Shown in pieces: positions 20,488-31,304 of a stretch of 64,000 nucleotides of DNA (position 1 is its first letter; each line of letters opens with the position of its first letter). Source of the DNA: an uncultured delta proteobacterium. Lineage in GTDB: Bacteria > Desulfobacterota > Binatia > UBA9968. The stretch is from the NCBI GenBank assembly GCA_963745035.1, contig CAVUVW010000013.1, positions 832,001 through 896,000 of the forward strand, in the 5' to 3' direction. The notes below the pieces were generated by a model. That model saw only the letters and a list, made by a program, of their open reading frames with translations, ran no database searches and was not told the DNA's origin. Both the position numbers and the translations under genes were made by a program.

Positions 20488-22549
20488 TTATGTCTCGTAA
20501 AAATCCCCGCCTCCAACCCGAAGCGCAGATATTCTTCCAACCGCACTTTCAAATTGGTTTCCCGCTGGGGCTGAAAAAGATCGTGGAACGCGCCCATCTC
20601 GGACTCGTCGCCCGCGCCGGCGCGGATCTGCGCCGGGCAGGAGCCGCGCAGTTGCGCATAGTCCGGCGCGCCGTAGCGCAGCGAGGAAAAACTCGGCGCG
20701 AGCCAGCTCAACACTTCGGCGCGGATCGCGTTGACCTGCGCCTGCGGAATCGGTCCGTTGGCGGCTTTTTCCGCCGCGTCGATGCGCTGAGCGATCTCGA
20801 GGTCCGGCTGGCAGCGGTAACGGCGCGGCGTCAGCGATCCCGGCGGCACGTAGCTGAAGCGCACGCAGCCGCTCTGCTTTTTCTCCGAGCGCACCGGCGC
20901 GGTCCAGGTGTCGCCTGTCGCGAGCGCGGCGAAGAATATGGAGTTCGAGACCAGCTCGAGCTCCACCGTGCGAACTTTGCCGACGACAGTCGAGTTTTCG
21001 ATCGACACCGTCCCGCCCGCGGTTTCGCGCGCGGCATCAATGCCAGAATAGGCCACCGCCGTCTCGCTCGTCGCATCGACGATCGAGTTACGAATTTTCA
21101 CCTGCGATCCCTCGGCGATCTGCAGCCCGCCGAGGATGCAATGATCGATCTCCACCTCGACGTCGGGTATCGCCACGATCAGGCTCGCCTGCGCCGACGG
21201 CGCCAGAGTGCAGTGGCGCAGATGCAGGCGGCGCAGCTCATTTCCCGGCGCGCTGGCGACGCGCAGCGTGCCGCCAGCAAGCAGCAAACCATTCAACGTG
21301 ACTTCGGCTTGCGCGCCGCCGCTGATGTCGAGCTCGGCTGAAAGGATGACCGTCGGGCGATGCTCGTTGGCGGCGCGGAGCTCGATGCGCTTGCCCGGCA
21401 TCGACGGCGATCGCCGGCGTTTCCTCGTAGCGTCCGCTGTCGGCGATCTCGACCACGCCGCCGGCTTGCACCGCGTCGAGCGCGTCTTGAATCGTCGCGT
21501 GCGGCGCCGGAACAAACTCGATCGGCGTCGCTTGCGCGTCCAAGGTCGCCGCGCGATCGTACTCGCCGCCGCCCATGTCGGCGCTGAAGCCATAGTGAAA
21601 AGTCGCCAGCGGCGGCGCCGCTTGCGGATCGCCGCAGAAAATCCGCCCGAGCACCGGATCGATGGCGACCCGCCCTGCCGGCGGCGTGTGCGCCCAAGCG
21701 CCGCCGCCGGCATCGCTCAAATCGCAAATATTGATCGCCGCGATATCCACGCCGTCGAGCGCCAGGCTTTTCCCTGCGCCGTAATAGCGCGGCAGAGTAC
21801 TGCGCCAGCACCCGCCGGCTGATCGGATCGGGCACGTTGATCGGCTCGGCCAGATGCGTGATCTCGTTTTCCCGCTCCGGCCGGGTGAAAAGCTGCGTGT
21901 CCCGCCCGAGCGGATCGAAGAGAAACCGCTGGGTATCGCCCGGCGCCGCCGGCACGGTGGGTGATCCGCGCAGGCGATAGGCGCCGAGCCGCCAGAGATA
22001 GATCGCGATATTGGGAATATTGTACTTGCCGGCGCCTTGGGCGATCCGCCGCACGTCGATCGTGTGCAGGTTGCGATCGAAGGGCCGGTTCAGACGCGCG
22101 ATCTTTTCCCAATCGCGCAGATTGGGCGCGTAATGGGCTTCCGGGCGAATGTGATTCATGTTTTGCGTCCAGCCCAAAATCTGAAAGCACTCGACCACCC
22201 GCGCCGGCCAACCGGTCACGTCGCGCGCCAGTTGTTCGAGCATGGTCGCGGTGCCCTTGCGCCGGCGAAAGGCGATGGTGTGCGCGACTTCGGCGCGCGG
22301 GCTCGCGACTTTCGGCACCACGCCGTGCAGGCTCCGGTAGCCGATCAGGTCGCCGATGTACGGCACGACCCAATCGCCGCAGGTTTCGATGAATTGATCG
22401 TCGTAAAGCTGATCGAGGTTCTCTTCGAGCACGCCCGCCTGCTCGGCGATCACCGCAAGCAGCTCGCGCAGCGGCCCGCCCTGCTCGGCGTCGCGCGCCC
22501 GATAGATCGCCGGCAAAAGCTCGTACAGTTTCTCCGCGTCGAAGCTCAT
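20488..22549 (-). CDS. eCIS baseplate wedge/phage tail protein I-like (several indels)
   Basis: LYELLPAIYRARDAEQGGPLRELL...LDQLYDDQFIETC..WVVPYIGDLIG...RRRKGT; C-terminus GCVRFSYVP..TPRRYRCQP, SEMGAFH, EYLRFGLEAGIF. Adding one T to a homopolymer gives IFYET-stop at 20488. Confidence 0.82.
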
Positions 22550-25020
22550 GCCATCACTCCCAATTGATCGAGCGGCGCCGGATCCAACGTCAGCAGCTCG
22601 GCGGCCGGCAGTTGGCCGTTGGCCGTGAGCACCGGCAGCTCGGCGAGGAGACGCTGCTGTAAACTCGGCGTCGCGCCGCTGCGGTAGAGTTTGTCGACGT
22701 CCACCGCAATCACGCCGGCAACCGCTTGCACCGCGGCGATCACTTCGCTCAGCATGACCGGCTGGCCGAAGGCGCGCGCAGCGAAGGAAAATTGCTCGCG
22801 CAGCGCCTGTTCCACCGCGGCCAGCACCTTGTCGATCTCGAATTCAGCGGCGATCTTGATATGGCCGGCGAAACGAAAATACGCCGGACGAAACGTCTTG
22901 ACCCGCAGCTCGACGAACGGATCGCCGGCGGCGCGCATCGCTGCGAGCAGATTGTCGAACGTCGCGCTGCCTGGAATCACCGCGGCGCCGTTCGGACCGG
23001 CCACAGTGACCAGCACGCCGCGGCTTCGCCCGTCCCAAGTCCAGGTCGCCAAGGCCTTGGCGATGCCGCCGAAGGCGCGCGCGAAATTTTCATAGTCGCT
23101 GAGCGAAACGATCCGCTCAAGGGTCAATACTTTGAGCGGCGCGTTGGCGCGCGCGTCATCGAGCTGCTCGGGGTCCTGCGCGCCGCCCGCGTCCAGCGGA
23201 TTGGTCACGCCTTTGACACCGAGCGGCCGGCTGAGAAGCATGCTCAATTGGCCGGACTTGACCAAGCCTTCGACGCCGATGCCTTTGCGATACTTGGCGC
23301 GGATATTATTTTGACCGCTCGGCAGCCGCGCGCCGGTAAGGCCGTCGCCGAACTGCACGGTGGTACTGCCGTCATCGGCGCGCCGCGCGATGTACACGTG
23401 GTCTTTGCTTTTCTGTCCGTACAACGTCGGCGCTTCCTGCCAGAGCAGATCGTTGACCCGCACTTCGAGAGTCGATGCCGCGCCGCTGGCGTTGGCTGCG
23501 CTCGTGTAAGTCAACGGCGGCTGGCGCAGCTTGAAGCGTTGAAACTTTTCACTGGCATCGCCGCCGCCGAGAAGTTCCTGGACCGTTTCGCCGTGGGTTC
23601 CCGCGGCGACGTTGGCGTTGAGGGCGAAGCTCGCCCGCGCATAGCTCTTGGCGAGCGCCGGGGTCACCGTGACCGCCGCGCCTTTGACCGAGCTCACTTT
23701 CACCACTTCGTTGATCGCTTCTCCCGTGGCGCTGTCCTTGCCCGACGCCGCGAGCTGTTGTCCGGGAACGAGGCTCCCGGCATCATTCCCAAGCTCAATC
23801 ACCGCGCCACTGATCGGATCGTCGATCGGTTCTTCGGCCATCTCGAGAAACTCACTCTGCGCAAACACCATCGTGTCGCGGTAGTCCGCGCTATCGAATA
23901 AGGTCAAATTCTCATTGGTGTCGAGCTGAATGCGCGTGGTTTTCCCGGTGACCGTGAACTTGGCGCCGGAAGCTTCGGTGACTTTGGACGCCCGGTAGAG
24001 CTCTTGATAGCTCGGCTTGGACAACACCAACCAGCTTCGCTCGACGATCGCCGGATAGGTGGTGTCGAGATCGATGGTCTGACCGGAGATCGTAAAATTC
24101 CAGTCGCTGCCCGGCTGCTGGTTGTAATGGCCGAGAGTCTCGTTAGAGAGCGTCGCCGGATGCGGCGCATTGGCACCGAACAGCGCGGCCCGCTGGCGCA
24201 GCGCGAAAATTTTCGGCTCCACTGCCGGCAGTACCTTATGCGGCGAGGTGGTCCCCAAGCCTTCAGACCATTCGATGCGCGTGCGATTGGCTTCCGCGTA
24301 GGCGCTCACTTCGGTGAGCCGGCGAAAATCCCAACGCTCGCTGCCGGGATCGTTTTCCCGTTCCTTGCCGACGAGCAGAATCGCATCGCCGGGTTTGAGA
24401 TTGGTGGCGATGCCCTTAAGGTAAGCCACCCGGTTGCCGAACTTGGGCACATTGATCCGCGTCATCTTCGGTCTGAGCGCGTTCCACTCGACCCGCGCGG
24501 TGATCTTCTCGATGGTCTCGAAGGTCTGCGGCTTTTCGCCGGGACCGGGAATGCTTTGCACGCGGGTGCCGACGTCGATCACCGTTTCGCGCGGCGCTCC
24601 CGGGGCTTCTTCGAGAGTGAACGCCAGCGCCGCGCTCGCCGCAACGCCGGGATGGAGCTCGTAGCCGATCAGGCGCGCGAGCTCCAATACCGAACGCCGC
24701 TCGGTGGCGGTGCGCAAAAACGATTCGTTGACCAGCCGCTCTTGATAGAAAGTCAGAACGTCGGCGACAACGGCGGCGGCATCGAGCAACGCGATCGTGA
24801 AGTCGTCGTCCGCGCGGGTACGGAGCTCTTTGAGCGCGGGAAACTCGGCGCTCGACAGCGCCGCGAGCATCGACGCTTTGAAAGAGGAATGTGTGCCGGC
24901 GCGATAGGAGACCGCCGACAGGCCAGGACGATTGACCACGACCGCCGGCGTTTCCGCCGCCAGTCCGGCGCAGCAGCCGCAATCGTTGGGATGGCTCGGA
25001 GAAATCGATCCGGCGCTCAC
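22546..25020 (-). CDS. Putative baseplate assembly protein (baseplate J/gp6-like, Afp11/12 class)
   Basis: DVLTFYQERLVNESFLRTATERRSVLELARLIGY, VQFGDGLTGARLPSG, ERIVSLSDYENFA; GTGA overlap with the upstream gene. Confidence 0.9.
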   Translation of the reverse strand: MSAGSISPSHPNDCGCCAGLAAETPAVVVNRPGLSAVSYRAGTHSSFKASMLAALSSAEFPALKELRTRADDDFTIALLDAAAVVADVLTFYQERLVNESFLRTATERRSVLELARLIGYELHPGVAASAALAFTLEEAPGAPRETVIDVGTRVQSIPGPGEKPQTFETIEKITARVEWNALRPKMTRINVPKFGNRVAYLKGIATNLKPGDAILLVGKERENDPGSERWDFRRLTEVSAYAEANRTRIEWSEGLGTTSPHKVLPAVEPKIFALRQRAALFGANAPHPATLSNETLGHYNQQPGSDWNFTISGQTIDLDTTYPAIVERSWLVLSKPSYQELYRASKVTEASGAKFTVTGKTTRIQLDTNENLTLFDSADYRDTMVFAQSEFLEMAEEPIDDPISGAVIELGNDAGSLVPGQQLAASGKDSATGEAINEVVKVSSVKGAAVTVTPALAKSYARASFALNANVAAGTHGETVQELLGGGDASEKFQRFKLRQPPLTYTSAANASGAASTLEVRVNDLLWQEAPTLYGQKSKDHVYIARRADDGSTTVQFGDGLTGARLPSGQNNIRAKYRKGIGVEGLVKSGQLSMLLSRPLGVKGVTNPLDAGGAQDPEQLDDARANAPLKVLTLERIVSLSDYENFARAFGGIAKALATWTWDGRSRGVLVTVAGPNGAAVIPGSATFDNLLAAMRAAGDPFVELRVKTFRPAYFRFAGHIKIAAEFEIDKVLAAVEQALREQFSFAARAFGQPVMLSEVIAAVQAVAGVIAVDVDKLYRSGATPSLQQRLLAELPVLTANGQLPAAELLTLDPAPLDQLGVMA

Positions 25021-27716
25021 TTGCCACCTCCGACCGACAGATGAAACACGCCATGCTCGGCAAAGTTGGGGTCGTTGTCACAGCGCGCGATCTCCAGCCG
25101 CCCGAGCTCGAGCTTGCCCGCCGCGAGCGCTTTGTTATCCGGTGTGCCCTGGCGCTGAAATTGATTCACCTGCACCGACATCACGCCCGGCACCGCCTGC
25201 GCCGCGGCGATCAGCGGGCTCGAGATAGACAGTCTGACCGAAGGTGAATCGGTCGGGGTGAAACACGCCGAACCTGCCGTCGGAAAGCGCGCGATTGCTG
25301 AAGAGCTTGAGCAGCTCTTCTTTCACGTGGGCGCGAAAATAGTCGGGCTCGGCGCAGACGTGCATGTCGATCTCCAGCGACACATAGCGCGGCCCGTCGA
25401 CTTCGAGATCGTGTCCGGCCATGCGATAGCGCTCGACATGGCGGCGAATCGAATCCTCGAAGTCGTCGTCCATCGGCGCGCCGCCCAGCCGATCCACGGT
25501 GATGAACACCGTGTGCCAGCTGCCGGTCCAGCGAAACGTCGCGATCGCGCGCTGCACGCCCGCATGCCGCTCGGTTACCGCCGCGTAATCCGCCTCGGTG
25601 ACGGCGCGCTCCTGGGTGCGAAATGCCGCCGGCGCATAGGCGCGCACTTCGGCAGTCGTCTCCGGTTCGATGCCGCCAGCGGCGGGCAGAGGGTTTCGCA
25701 CCAGGCGGGTCTCGGCGCGGAGCGCCGCGTCTTTCGTGAACAGATGCGCGATCGCTTCGGCGCCGACGTTGCCGGCCGCGCCGTTGCCGATGCGATACTT
25801 CGCTGTGAAAGCGCTCAACTCTTGCGGCCGCGCGCCGAGCCGGCCATCGCCGAAACGCAGCCGCGCGGTGCCGTTGTCTTCGATCTCCGCGACGAAATGC
25901 GGATCGATGGCGCTGCTGTCGAGCAGATCGCGCACCGGCGTCCATTCGATCTCGTCGAGATTCAGTTTGCTTGCCAGCCGCGCCGCGGGGAGCGCTCGGC
26001 GCGGTTCCTGCGCTGCGGCGCCGCGCTGCCGGAGCCGGCAGCGGATAGACGTTCAACTTTCCCTGTTCTTCCTTGATGCTGAAGCCGCGCCGGCTATCGC
26101 TGATCGACCAGAACGGTTGCGTTCCTTGGATCGAAGCGCCGCCGGGGAAGCCGATGCCGACGGCTTCGAATTGCTCTTGCAAAGCAGTTGGCAAAATCTT
26201 GTTATCGAGATCGGCGGCGTCCTGCGCGCCGGGTGTAAAGCCGAAGAGCAGCGAGCTTTCCGTCAACGTAGCGAACGTCAAGGGCCGCGCCACGAATTTG
26301 GGACGGAAGCGCACCGGCAGCGCGATCGGATCCTTGGGCTCGCAGCGATCGCAAGTCGAGGCGGTTGTTTTTGCCAGCGGCGCCTTCGGCACTTCGCCCA
26401 GCGTTTGCTCCACCGTCCTGCCGTGATCGGCGAGGACGATGTTGCCGCGCGCCACGCTCACGTCTTTGATGAATGTCCCGCCGTGGGTGCTGTCGGTCTG
26501 GGCCGAAATGCACAGCGGAAACGGCAGTGCGTCCGCTTCGCCCCAGAAAATTTCGCTGATCGCCTCGCCGGTCAGCAAATCAGTCAGCGGCTGTCCGTCC
26601 AGCATCCAAAGTCTCCACGTGGGTAAGTCGTACGGCGCAGCGGTGCGCCGGGTCGGCATCCTCCGCTCGCCCGGTGCGCGGGCCGATGACCTCTTCGAAG
26701 ATAAGCACGTCGCCGGCCTTGAGGTTGAGCAACGCGCCGCGCAAGGTCGCGTGGGTCGCGCCTTTGGGCAAGCAACAGCGCTCGTCGCCCCAAGTATAAA
26801 AATGAATCTTGTTGTGCGCCTCGAAGAGCGGAATCGCCTCCATGGTTTCGAACACTTCCAGCGCCTGCGGCGCGCACGGTGGCGTCGTCGGCCAAAGCCG
26901 GCGGCTCGCCGGGGATGCGCGTAAAGAGCTGGGTCCCCGCCTCGATCACAGCCACGTCGGAGTGGACCTGCACCTGCACCCAGGCGCGCGCGTTGCAGCC
27001 GTCGTGCATCGGGTAATCGACCAGCCGCGCGTGGCGGCGCACCGAAACGCGCCGGCGCGCGGTGCCGAGATAAGCCTCCGTCGCAACGGCGTCCTGCTGA
27101 TAGCTTAAATGGTCGCCGACGTAGGCGAGCGTCTCGACCAGGGCGACGCCGAGATCCGCCGCATTGCGCTCACGCCAGTTCGGCATCAGCACCGTCATGC
27201 GGTCGAGCATCAGGCGGCGAAAGCTCGCATAGTCCTTGGCGAGATAATCGATCTCCGGTTCCGCGCGCGCGGCCGGCGGGCAATCGCATTTCGGCTGGCA
27301 ATCGAAGTCTGCCGGGCAATCGACCTTGAAAGAAAAATCCACCGCCGCGAACAATGGATCGATGCCGTCGGGCGGCGCCGCATTTTGCGCGTTCTGCACC
27401 AGCCGCAGAGTATAGATCGAAAAATCGCCGTACTTGTCGAGATCGACGCGCAGCGCCCGCGCATTGATCGTGTCCACCGCCGCGTTCGACCGCGACGATG
27501 CCGCGAATGCGCTCGCCGCCTTCGATCTGGATATTCGCCGCAGCCGAGCGCATTGGGCGCAAGATCGTTGATGAAATGCACGACGAGCTTCTTTTGCCGA
27601 TTGGCCGGATCGCTGAGCTCGATCTCGTGGTCGAGCACTTCCAGATAATCGATGCCGTTGAGCGCGCTGCCGACGAGTTGGTTGCGCCGCAGTGGGTCGC
27701 AGCAAAAATAGATCAT
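25017..27716 (-). CDS. Second baseplate J-like assembly protein (multiple indels)
   Basis: MIYFCCD...NGIDYLEV, IDYLAKDYASFRRLMLDR, YQQDAVATEAYLGTARRRVSVRRHARLVDY, RFGDG, QERAVTEADY; ends HGVFHLSVGGGK-stop at 25017. Confidence 0.85.
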
Positions 27717-28081
27717 GCGCCCAAGCCTCCGCGGCTGAACTCGGCGGTCTGGCGCGTCTGGGTGCGCCGGACGATGTACTGGATCGTCACCCGCAACGTC
27801 GCGTCGTCGTTTTCCACCTGCACCGACTCGACGGCGATCAGATCGCCGAGCCACTGCTGCAGCGCGCCTTGAATCAGGAACTGCGAAGTCGCCGCCAAGG
27901 CGTCGCTGTTGGGCGCAAAGACGAGCTGCATCAAGCCGCAGCCGAAGGTCGGCCGGTTCACCCGCTCGCCCGGCGCGGTGAACAGCACCTGCTCGATCAG
28001 GTCGCGGATGTGCGCGTCTTCGGCCGCTTCCGCCGTGCGCCCGCGCGTGTCGAAATGAAATGGATAATCGAGCTGGCTCAT
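27713..28081 (-). CDS. GPW/gp25 baseplate wedge protein (Afp9-like)
   Basis: MSQLDYPFHFD...HIRDLIEQVLFTAPGERVNRPTFGCGL. Confidence 0.9.
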   Translation of the reverse strand: MSQLDYPFHFDTRGRTAEAAEDAHIRDLIEQVLFTAPGERVNRPTFGCGLMQLVFAPNSDALAATSQFLIQGALQQWLGDLIAVESVQVENDDATLRVTIQYIVRRTQTRQTAEFSRGGLGA

Positions 28082-28399
28082 AGTCCGGTCACCCTGGTTT
28101 GCGTAAGAACGATATTCAGCGGCGTCGCCGTGGGCGACGCACGTCGCGACGCTCGATTGCAGCAGCACCGGCATGCCGCCGGCCATGATCCGCGTGGCGC
28201 CGATCAGCCACTGCGCCGTGACGCAGGGCCCGTTGCCGCCCGGCGGCGCGAACGGGCAGCCGGTGATCACGTGCGGGCTCGCCATCGTCGCGATCGCCAT
28301 ACCGTTCACCGTCACGCGCGGAAACGGCACCGCCGGCTGCGCCTGCCCGCCGTGCGCGCACATCACAGTCGCGTTTGTGTGGAGCAAAAATCCCGGCAT
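28078..28399 (-). CDS. PAAR-like (DUF4280-type) spike-tip protein (indel near 28135)
   Basis: ATVMCAHGG...GCPF...PCVTAQW...PVLLQSS..C; the corrected frame reads TPLNIVLTQTRVTGL-stop, overlapping the gp25 ATG (ATGA). Confidence 0.8.
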
Positions 28400-28460
28400 G
28401 TTGTTTTCTTCTCTTAACGTCTGTCTGCGAGAGTCAGTTGGAAAGTCGATTTTTCAGTTC

Positions 28461-28549
28461 CGTCATTGCCGCGAAAGCGGCAATCCAGGTTTATTGAGTT
28501 TCCTGGATTCCGGGTCGCGCCAGCTATCGCCGGCTTGCCCGGAATGACG
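28461..28549. repeat. CGTC-type REP-like hairpin
   Basis: cgtcattgccgcgaaagcggcaatccagg...cctggattccggg...cccggaatgacg. Confidence 0.7.
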
Positions 28550-28578
28550 CTCTTTTCTGAATCCTTCCGTCCACGGCA

Positions 28579-29145
28579 TCACGTCACCACCAGAGCGACT
28601 TTGTTGATCATCACGCTCGGCCCCATCATATCGATCGATGCGCCCTTGCCATTGTTGATGTAGATGCCCGTGTCGTTGACCACGATCATCGCGCCCGTCG
28701 GGCTCCGCAGCACGATGCCGCCCGTGCCAGGCGGCGCGGGCGCGGGGACCGGCGCCTGCATCGGCACCGGCGTGGCATCGCTGATGATGATCGCGTTCTG
28801 CAGCGTCGATTGAATGACGATGGTTTGTCCCGGCGGGATCGGCGGCGGCGCCAAGGCCGCAGGCGGCACTTCCGCGAACGCGCCCCAGAAACCGCCCACC
28901 CAGATCGGATATTCGGGATCGCCCTGCTCGAATTCCATCCACACCGCGGCGCCGACCTGCGGCACCATGTAGACGCCTTCCTGCTTGCCGGCGATCGGCA
29001 TGCACGGCAGCGCCCAGGTCGTCGGCACCAGCCCCTGCACGTCCGGCACGATCGCTTGGATGCGCCCGCGCTGCTCGGGATCGACGTTGTTGATCACCGT
29101 GCCGCGGTATTTGCCGTAGTAGCGGGTGGTTTTCTCTTCGCTCAT
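28579..29145 (-). CDS. Baseplate assembly protein V / gp5 OB-fold spike (VgrG C-terminal half)
   Basis: YYGKYRGTVINNVDPEQRGRIQAIVPDV...WALPC...PQVGAAVWMEFEQGDPEYPIWVG. Confidence 0.9.
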   Translation of the reverse strand: MSEEKTTRYYGKYRGTVINNVDPEQRGRIQAIVPDVQGLVPTTWALPCMPIAGKQEGVYMVPQVGAAVWMEFEQGDPEYPIWVGGFWGAFAEVPPAALAPPPIPPGQTIVIQSTLQNAIIISDATPVPMQAPVPAPAPPGTGGIVLRSPTGAMIVVNDTGIYINNGKGASIDMMGPSVMINKVALVVT

Positions 29146-30272
29146 GCGGCCACCTGCGGCACCGTCGAGATCAGCCCGTTGCGGCTGAGCTCGAAGCTTT
29201 GCTTGTATTCGCCGGCTTTGATTTTGTGGGTCACGCTTTTCACGTAATAAAGTCCGTCGTAGGCCGTCCCGGCGCCGCGCACGCCCACCAGCCGGCGCGG
29301 CTTCAGCACGCTGCCGTAGCGCAGCACGTCGAGCTCGCCTTTGCCGGTGACCGCTTCGGCCATCTGCGCCGCTTTGGCCAAGCCGATCATGATCGACTGC
29401 GGCACCGGTCGCTTGGACAGATCGTCGCTCACCGGTTTCAAGTGCGTCGGTATGGGCGGAATCAAACCCAGCGGCGGGTTGAGCGGCGTGATCGGCGGCA
29501 GCGGAATCGCGATCACCGCTTTGGATAATTCTTCGTAGTAAAAGACCGTGGGAATGCCGTTCAAATTGTTGTTGAAGCTGAACGACAGCGACTCGACGTT
29601 GGTGTGCGCGTCCATGTTGATGTTGAGCGCGCGCTGCGGCTGGCCGACTTTGATCTGCGGTCCCCAGTAAGCGACGTTGGCGCCCGGCGCCGGACCGGGA
29701 TCGAGATAAAACACGTAGCCGACCTTGGAAGCGAGATCGTTGATGTACTCGAGGTCGGTGCCCTTCTGCGCCGGAATGCGCGTGGTCGGAATCGGCACGT
29801 CGATGAGCACGCTCGGAATGATCAGCGGAATGAGACCCAGGAAAGCGTACTTCAAAAGCAGCAGCGCCACCCGTCCCTCGGCCGGCGTCGCCGGAAAAGG
29901 AAAGCCGCTGAAATCGATTTTGTCCATCAACACCGTCAAGTCTTCGCCGGTGATCGACAAGGTCGATTGCCCGGGCGCGCTTCCCGGCGTGATCTCGTGA
30001 TTGGTCACGACCCCGTCCATGATCACGTGCGGCGTGCCGCTGACGATGACGACGATGACGACGCGGAGAATATTGATCGGCGCGCCGCCGGTCAGAAGAA
30101 ACAGGGTGTGCAGCGGCGACTGATTGCTCACGGTGAACGAGAGTTGAAAACCGCTGCGGCCGACGTCGTTGACCGTAACCGAAAGCTCGGTGAGCGCGTC
30201 CATTACCGCCTTGGGCGCCGGGATCGGCACCAGCGGCCCGATGAAAAGCTGCAGGGTCACCCCTTTAAGCAT
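29142..30272 (-). CDS. Probable gp27/late-control-D-like baseplate hub (VgrG N-terminal half)
   Basis: Lies between the LysM and gpV genes; GEDLTVLMD, Q.GTDLEYI..LA...GY.FY, G.LD..RYG.VL, YDGLYYVKSVTHKI. Confidence 0.7.
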   Translation of the reverse strand: MLKGVTLQLFIGPLVPIPAPKAVMDALTELSVTVNDVGRSGFQLSFTVSNQSPLHTLFLLTGGAPINILRVVIVVIVSGTPHVIMDGVVTNHEITPGSAPGQSTLSITGEDLTVLMDKIDFSGFPFPATPAEGRVALLLLKYAFLGLIPLIIPSVLIDVPIPTTRIPAQKGTDLEYINDLASKVGYVFYLDPGPAPGANVAYWGPQIKVGQPQRALNINMDAHTNVESLSFSFNNNLNGIPTVFYYEELSKAVIAIPLPPITPLNPPLGLIPPIPTHLKPVSDDLSKRPVPQSIMIGLAKAAQMAEAVTGKGELDVLRYGSVLKPRRLVGVRGAGTAYDGLYYVKSVTHKIKAGEYKQSFELSRNGLISTVPQVAA

Positions 30273-30636
30273 TCTTCGGCCCCGGAATGCCCTGCGGCAA
30301 GGTGATGCGCACGGTGGCGCCGATGGTTTCGGTCAATTCGTCCGGACGGATCGCGCCGTTGGCATCGCACAATCGCCAGAACTGCTCCGGATCGCCGAGA
30401 TACTTCGCCGCGAGATTGTCGAGCCGGTCGCCCTGCACGACGGAATGCTCCTGAATCAACACGAACTCTTCCGGCGACGGCACGAAGCGCCGCTTGAGAA
30501 ACACGACGGTTCCCCCGTCCACCGTCGCAAGCTTCGCGGTGCCGGCGCCGTGATAGCGGCTGTTCGGCGGAAACTCCGCCGCGTCCGCACCGCCGGCCTG
30601 CAACATCGCCTGTAATGCCTGCATGGGATCGTTCAT
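30265..30636 (-). CDS. LysM-domain protein (tube-initiator C-terminal module, Afp7-like)
   Basis: HSVVQGDRLDNLAAKYLGDPEQFWRLCDAN. Confidence 0.82.
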   Translation of the reverse strand: MNDPMQALQAMLQAGGADAAEFPPNSRYHGAGTAKLATVDGGTVVFLKRRFVPSPEEFVLIQEHSVVQGDRLDNLAAKYLGDPEQFWRLCDANGAIRPDELTETIGATVRITLPQGIPGPKNA

Positions 30637-31289
30637 GGGATGCCTCGTATTCCCAGAAGGCTGAGCGCGCCGCCGAGACTCCTGCCGGCGAGTTGCTCCT
30701 TCTGCTGCTGGTAGGCCATGAATAGACTGCCGCCTTTGTTGTCGAAGCCGAGATCGGTCACGCTCAACACGCGCATGCCCAGACTCACCTTGGCGCGGAT
30801 CGGGTTGAGCGCCGGGTCGAAGGCCTCTTCGGTGATGCTGAAATCGGTGATGCGCACCGGCACGATGCGGCTTTTGCTCCAGATGAATAGCGGCAGCGCC
30901 GCCATCATCGGCAAAATTTCCAGCATGCCGGCCTGCGCAAGAGAATTGTTCGACAGCAGCTGGCTGCTCGCCGGATAGACGATCGTCTCCAACGCCGCCA
31001 GTTGCGGCTGGATGCCGAACTCCACAATGGCGCTGTTCTGATCGGGAAACTCCAACTGATCGGTGGCGTCGATCTCGGCGTCGAGCTTGATCGTCTCCAC
31101 CGGCGGCCCGGTGAGCCGCATCGCCTCGGCCCGGTCGCCGCTTTCTTTGACGGTCTGCGGCTGCAACGTGCGGCTCAAGGTATCGGGATTGTATTGCAGC
31201 ACGATGATGCGCCGCACCGCGGCGGTTTCCGCATCGATCAGCACGATGCCGCCCTTGAGCACGCGCGGCGAGTTGGGAAACGTGGTCAT
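30633..31289 (-). CDS. CIS tube-initiator/tube-like protein (Afp7 N-terminal-like)
   Basis: IVLQYNPDTLSR, LFIWSKSRIVPVRITDFSITEEAFDPALNPIRAKVSL. Confidence 0.75.
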   Translation of the reverse strand: MTTFPNSPRVLKGGIVLIDAETAAVRRIIVLQYNPDTLSRTLQPQTVKESGDRAEAMRLTGPPVETIKLDAEIDATDQLEFPDQNSAIVEFGIQPQLAALETIVYPASSQLLSNNSLAQAGMLEILPMMAALPLFIWSKSRIVPVRITDFSITEEAFDPALNPIRAKVSLGMRVLSVTDLGFDNKGGSLFMAYQQQKEQLAGRSLGGALSLLGIRGIP

Positions 31290-31304
31290 GATAGTTTCAC
31301 TCGG

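Noticed and set aside
27713-28399. Apparent PAAR-gp25 fusion (228-aa ORF)
   Set aside because: One indel near 28135 restores a normal PAAR-like C-terminus ending in an ATGA overlap with gp25.
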